A stretch of DNA of 64,000 nucleotides from the NCBI GenBank assembly GCA_965223325.1, contig CBDCWI010000002.1, positions 1,600,001-1,664,000 of the forward strand. The letters run 5' to 3'. The DNA is from Candidatus Multivoradales bacterium. Lineage in GTDB: Bacteria > Acidobacteriota > Thermoanaerobaculia > Multivoradales > Multivoraceae. Each line of letters opens with the position of its first letter. Positions within the stretch are counted from its first letter, which is position 1. Shown in pieces: positions 62,301-64,000 of this stretch. The notes beneath the pieces are model-generated. The model made no database searches. It saw nothing but the letters and a program-made list of their open reading frames with translations, and was not told the origin of the DNA. The position numbers were made by a program, and so were the translations under genes.

Positions 62301-62455
62301 CCGGGCTCGACGAAGAGTTCCTCGCCGGCGTCGGAGTCGCGGGGACCTTCATCGGACCTTGGCGAACGATCGTCAACCTCGATGTCGGCAAGGCGGTCTC
62401 TGGCCCGGATGACGGCTACAGTGCCTTCATCGCCTTCCTCAAACTATTCAGGTAG
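59372..62455 (+). CDS. Large exported multidomain protein with probable C-terminal outer-membrane beta-barrel
   Basis: Signal peptide (ARA-Q), an alpha/beta N-domain, a LolA/RseB-like middle (CWVVEFEP...GTLWVDKE) and alternating amphipathic strands at the C-terminus. Confidence 0.75.
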   Translation: MPSPTSCSTSTGSRLGMLAAVAAGLWLALCIPTARAQEPSDDENVCKPCAGVMVDDPAVLSRLLPPQDDSGSIFVGWSLDLARDATTFPAALPAHLTPYVTATFRIAPPLLEREEEFATQLERLARAVRATARTGGEAAWVELRWQGEADRAATAEEFAYFLKRAAVAVTGAASGARVVVGPLGTGDLDFLRNLYSAETEAYIDAVSSSESSAEAVETFAAVVNDLDPGVAVVVGPLTLGDDRQQASSDLAALDFEDGELPGTGASAVASQAFRALARTAEMASAGASLTLFRFDDRLELNAANLAPFRLLAREFRGDISPDPYSQPTGASAWSFVRGEDLGLRVVVEAPADADRVTIELPDPQLRSPKLLDPLSGETQELYSGQRTGTGYRVTLDEPPRSFVLSFDRMSAAEAAALQGVEGVDDRVEVESTRQIPVEEILRRLQAFEDAQVRLLGTYIANNAMSLRFQLGGTQSLDATFSGAFFFRQGKDFDWAWQELFINGVKWRHKTLPEIPLIQPEKATAMPVEINFDKQYRYRLKGSGTAQGRACWVVEFEPAVEITPGSSLWQGTLWVDKELFGRVKTRAIQLGLEGEVVSNEETRFYTPLDRDGQPTEWSNDATYLATRLVGQQIFSVINSAVVVERELLLTNIEFDPTDFDARREAVLASPATMVRDTEKGMRYLVTDDETGERVVQENLDPSRRFLVGGAFYDESFDYPLPLAGFNWLNFDWRGTGTQTNVFIAGPLITADIATPSLFGSKWEAGIDAFALAFAGTDSIYRGTREATEEDVKTLRPNIDFTLGRPLGAFNKVQFEYSLGWNRFDDDDGTSPDFVLPEDHLDHRLGLRWQFNRSGWKARAGGSFNIRGDWSFWGLPDNTEFSPDQEEYITYGAAIGKTWHLPKFMKFGAEIEYVGGEDLDRFSQYQFGQFSDIRVHGFRSDLIRAEEAWGAHLSYGLNLGEVFRIDLLGDAALASNEQTGLDEEFLAGVGVAGTFIGPWRTIVNLDVGKAVSGPDDGYSAFIAFLKLFR

Positions 62456-62466
62456 AACCAGAGCAG

Positions 62467-62922
62467 GTGACTTCGCTGGTCGACTTCCTCCGCGCCCTCG
62501 GTCTGCTCCGCACCTCATCGGGCCCATCCTCGGGCCGAGAGGCAGATCGACATCCCGAAGGTGACGCTCCGGACGACACTCCGGATGTCGCTCTGGGCGA
62601 TGGAGTGCCAGACGCGATCGAAATCGAAATCACCGACGTGCTCGACCTGCACTCCTTCCCGCCGCGAGACGTGCGCGACATCACGCTCGCCTGGCTCGAC
62701 GAAGTGGTGCTGCGAGGGTTCTCCGAGGTGCGCGTCGTCCATGGCCGTGGCAAGGGCGTCCAGCGCAGAATCGTTCAGAGTGTCCTCTCGAAAGACCCGC
62801 GTGTCGTATCCTTCTGTGATGCGCCGGCGGGGCGTGGCGGTTGGGGCGCAACCGAAGTGCGGCTGGCGGTGCAGAGTGAACCGACGGCCGAGCAGTCCGA
62901 TGCAGGTTGCGATACCCGCTGA
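62467..62922 (+). CDS. Stand-alone Smr/MutS2 domain protein
   Basis: LDLHSF, VVHGRGKG and GGWGAT. Confidence 0.9.
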   Translation: MTSLVDFLRALGLLRTSSGPSSGREADRHPEGDAPDDTPDVALGDGVPDAIEIEITDVLDLHSFPPRDVRDITLAWLDEVVLRGFSEVRVVHGRGKGVQRRIVQSVLSKDPRVVSFCDAPAGRGGWGATEVRLAVQSEPTAEQSDAGCDTR

Positions 62923-62994
62923 GCTTGCGGCCGTCACCGTCGCCTATGCGATTCGCCTGCCCAACCTGAAGACCCGACCTCGGAACCACCGACC

Positions 62995-63750
62995 TTGACC
63001 GTAGAAACTGACCAGGAGCTCGCACTCCTGCGTGCGATTGGTGCGATCGTCGCCGACTGCATGCACCATATGGCCGACGCCCTCGAACCTGGGCTGACAA
63101 CCGGAGAGCTCGACGCAGTGGGCGCGCAGTTTCTCGAGACCAGGGGCGCGCTCTCAGCCCCGCGGGTCACGTACAACTTCCCCGGTGCCACCTGCATCAG
63201 CATCAATGAGGAAGTGGCGCACGGGATCCCTGGAGAACGCCGCATCGAGAGCGGAGACCTGGTGCACATCGACGTTTCGGCATCCAAGGATGGCTACTTC
63301 GCCGACACCGGCGCGACGTTCATCATCGGCGAAGCGAGCGACATTCAGAAACGTGTCTGTGCCGCCGGTCGGTGCGCGCTCGATGCCGCGATGTCGGCAG
63401 CACGCACCGGTGCTCGGCTCCGCGACGTCGGCCGAGCGATGGAAGAGGAAGCGACCCAAGCCGGCTTCCGCGTGATCCGCAACCTCTGCTCCCACGGCAT
63501 CGGTCGTGCCTTGCACGAAGAACCGGAGTCGATCTGCGCCTACGAATCGCCGCGCGAGACCCGCACTCTCTCTAGAGGCCAGGTGCTGACGCTCGAGCCC
63601 TTCGTGACCGACGGCGAACCCATCGCCACCCAGGCCGCAGACGGTTGGACGCTGCTCAACCGAAGAGGCGCCTGGACGGCGCAGTACGAACACACCCTGG
63701 TGATCACCGACTGCGAGCCCATCGTGTTGACAGAGCCCTCCGGCGGCTAG
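62995..63750 (+). CDS. map: Type I methionine aminopeptidase
   Basis: CISINEEVAHGIP, IDVS, ADTG, HGIGRALHEEP, LEPF and AQYEHT. Confidence 0.96.
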   Translation: MTVETDQELALLRAIGAIVADCMHHMADALEPGLTTGELDAVGAQFLETRGALSAPRVTYNFPGATCISINEEVAHGIPGERRIESGDLVHIDVSASKDGYFADTGATFIIGEASDIQKRVCAAGRCALDAAMSAARTGARLRDVGRAMEEEATQAGFRVIRNLCSHGIGRALHEEPESICAYESPRETRTLSRGQVLTLEPFVTDGEPIATQAADGWTLLNRRGAWTAQYEHTLVITDCEPIVLTEPSGG

Positions 63751-64000
63751 CCCGCTCCAGCGTCACGGCGCCCGGCCGGGCGATCGATCGCGAACTGATT
63801 GAGCTCTTCATCGTCGCCGGGAAGAATCACCGTGCCTACGAACCGCATGCCCACTTTCTCGAGCACCCGCATCGAAGCGCCGTTGGTCTTGCTAGTGATC
63901 GCCAGAATCCGTTCGAGTCGATGCTCGCGGAAAGCCCGCTCGAGTACCCACGAAGCGGCTTTGCTCGCCAGGCCATGGCCGAAAAACGACTCGAGGAGGG
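63747..64000 (-). CDS. RimJ/RimL-type GNAT acetyltransferase, 3' part
   Basis: Manual translation: LLESFFGHGLASKAASWVLERAF...TNGASMRVLEKVGMRF...GAG*. Confidence 0.8.
   Translation of the reverse strand, partial: LLESFFGHGLASKAASWVLERAFREHRLERILAITSKTNGASMRVLEKVGMRFVGTVILPGDDEELNQFAIDRPAGRRDAGAG

Overview
High-GC bacterial chromosomal window. Gene content suggests Acidobacteriota, possibly Thermoanaerobaculia-like (inference). It is mostly housekeeping: a ~16-kb contiguous minus-strand aroDE-hisZGDCBHAF(IE)-trpEGDCFBA superoperon, a yceD-rpmF-plsX-fabD-fabG-acpP-fabF cluster without fabH, polysaccharide glycosyltransferases with a WcaJ-type priming transferase, moxR-DUF58-transglutaminase, murB, recA, an NhaC-family transporter, smr and map. 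Two signals missing from the ORF track stand out. (1) A 34-aa leader peptide ending Y-S-G-W-W-H-V-H, with a promoter and a terminator/SD-sequestering hairpin, heads the aro-his-trp operon and suggests a single attenuator sensing Trp and His. (2) A family of ~113-bp CTAG-bounded hairpin elements (CTAG-N8-GTGGTTT...GTCGTTACCAC-N8'-CTAG-WGTCAC, with co-varying N8) starts exactly at the TAG stop codons of three genes. It forms two inward-facing tandem arrays (209-bp and 234-bp units) that bracket a 3-kb cargo, plus a solo copy after recA. No tRNA, rRNA, CRISPR array or transposase was recognised. All calls are by eye; no database searches were run.
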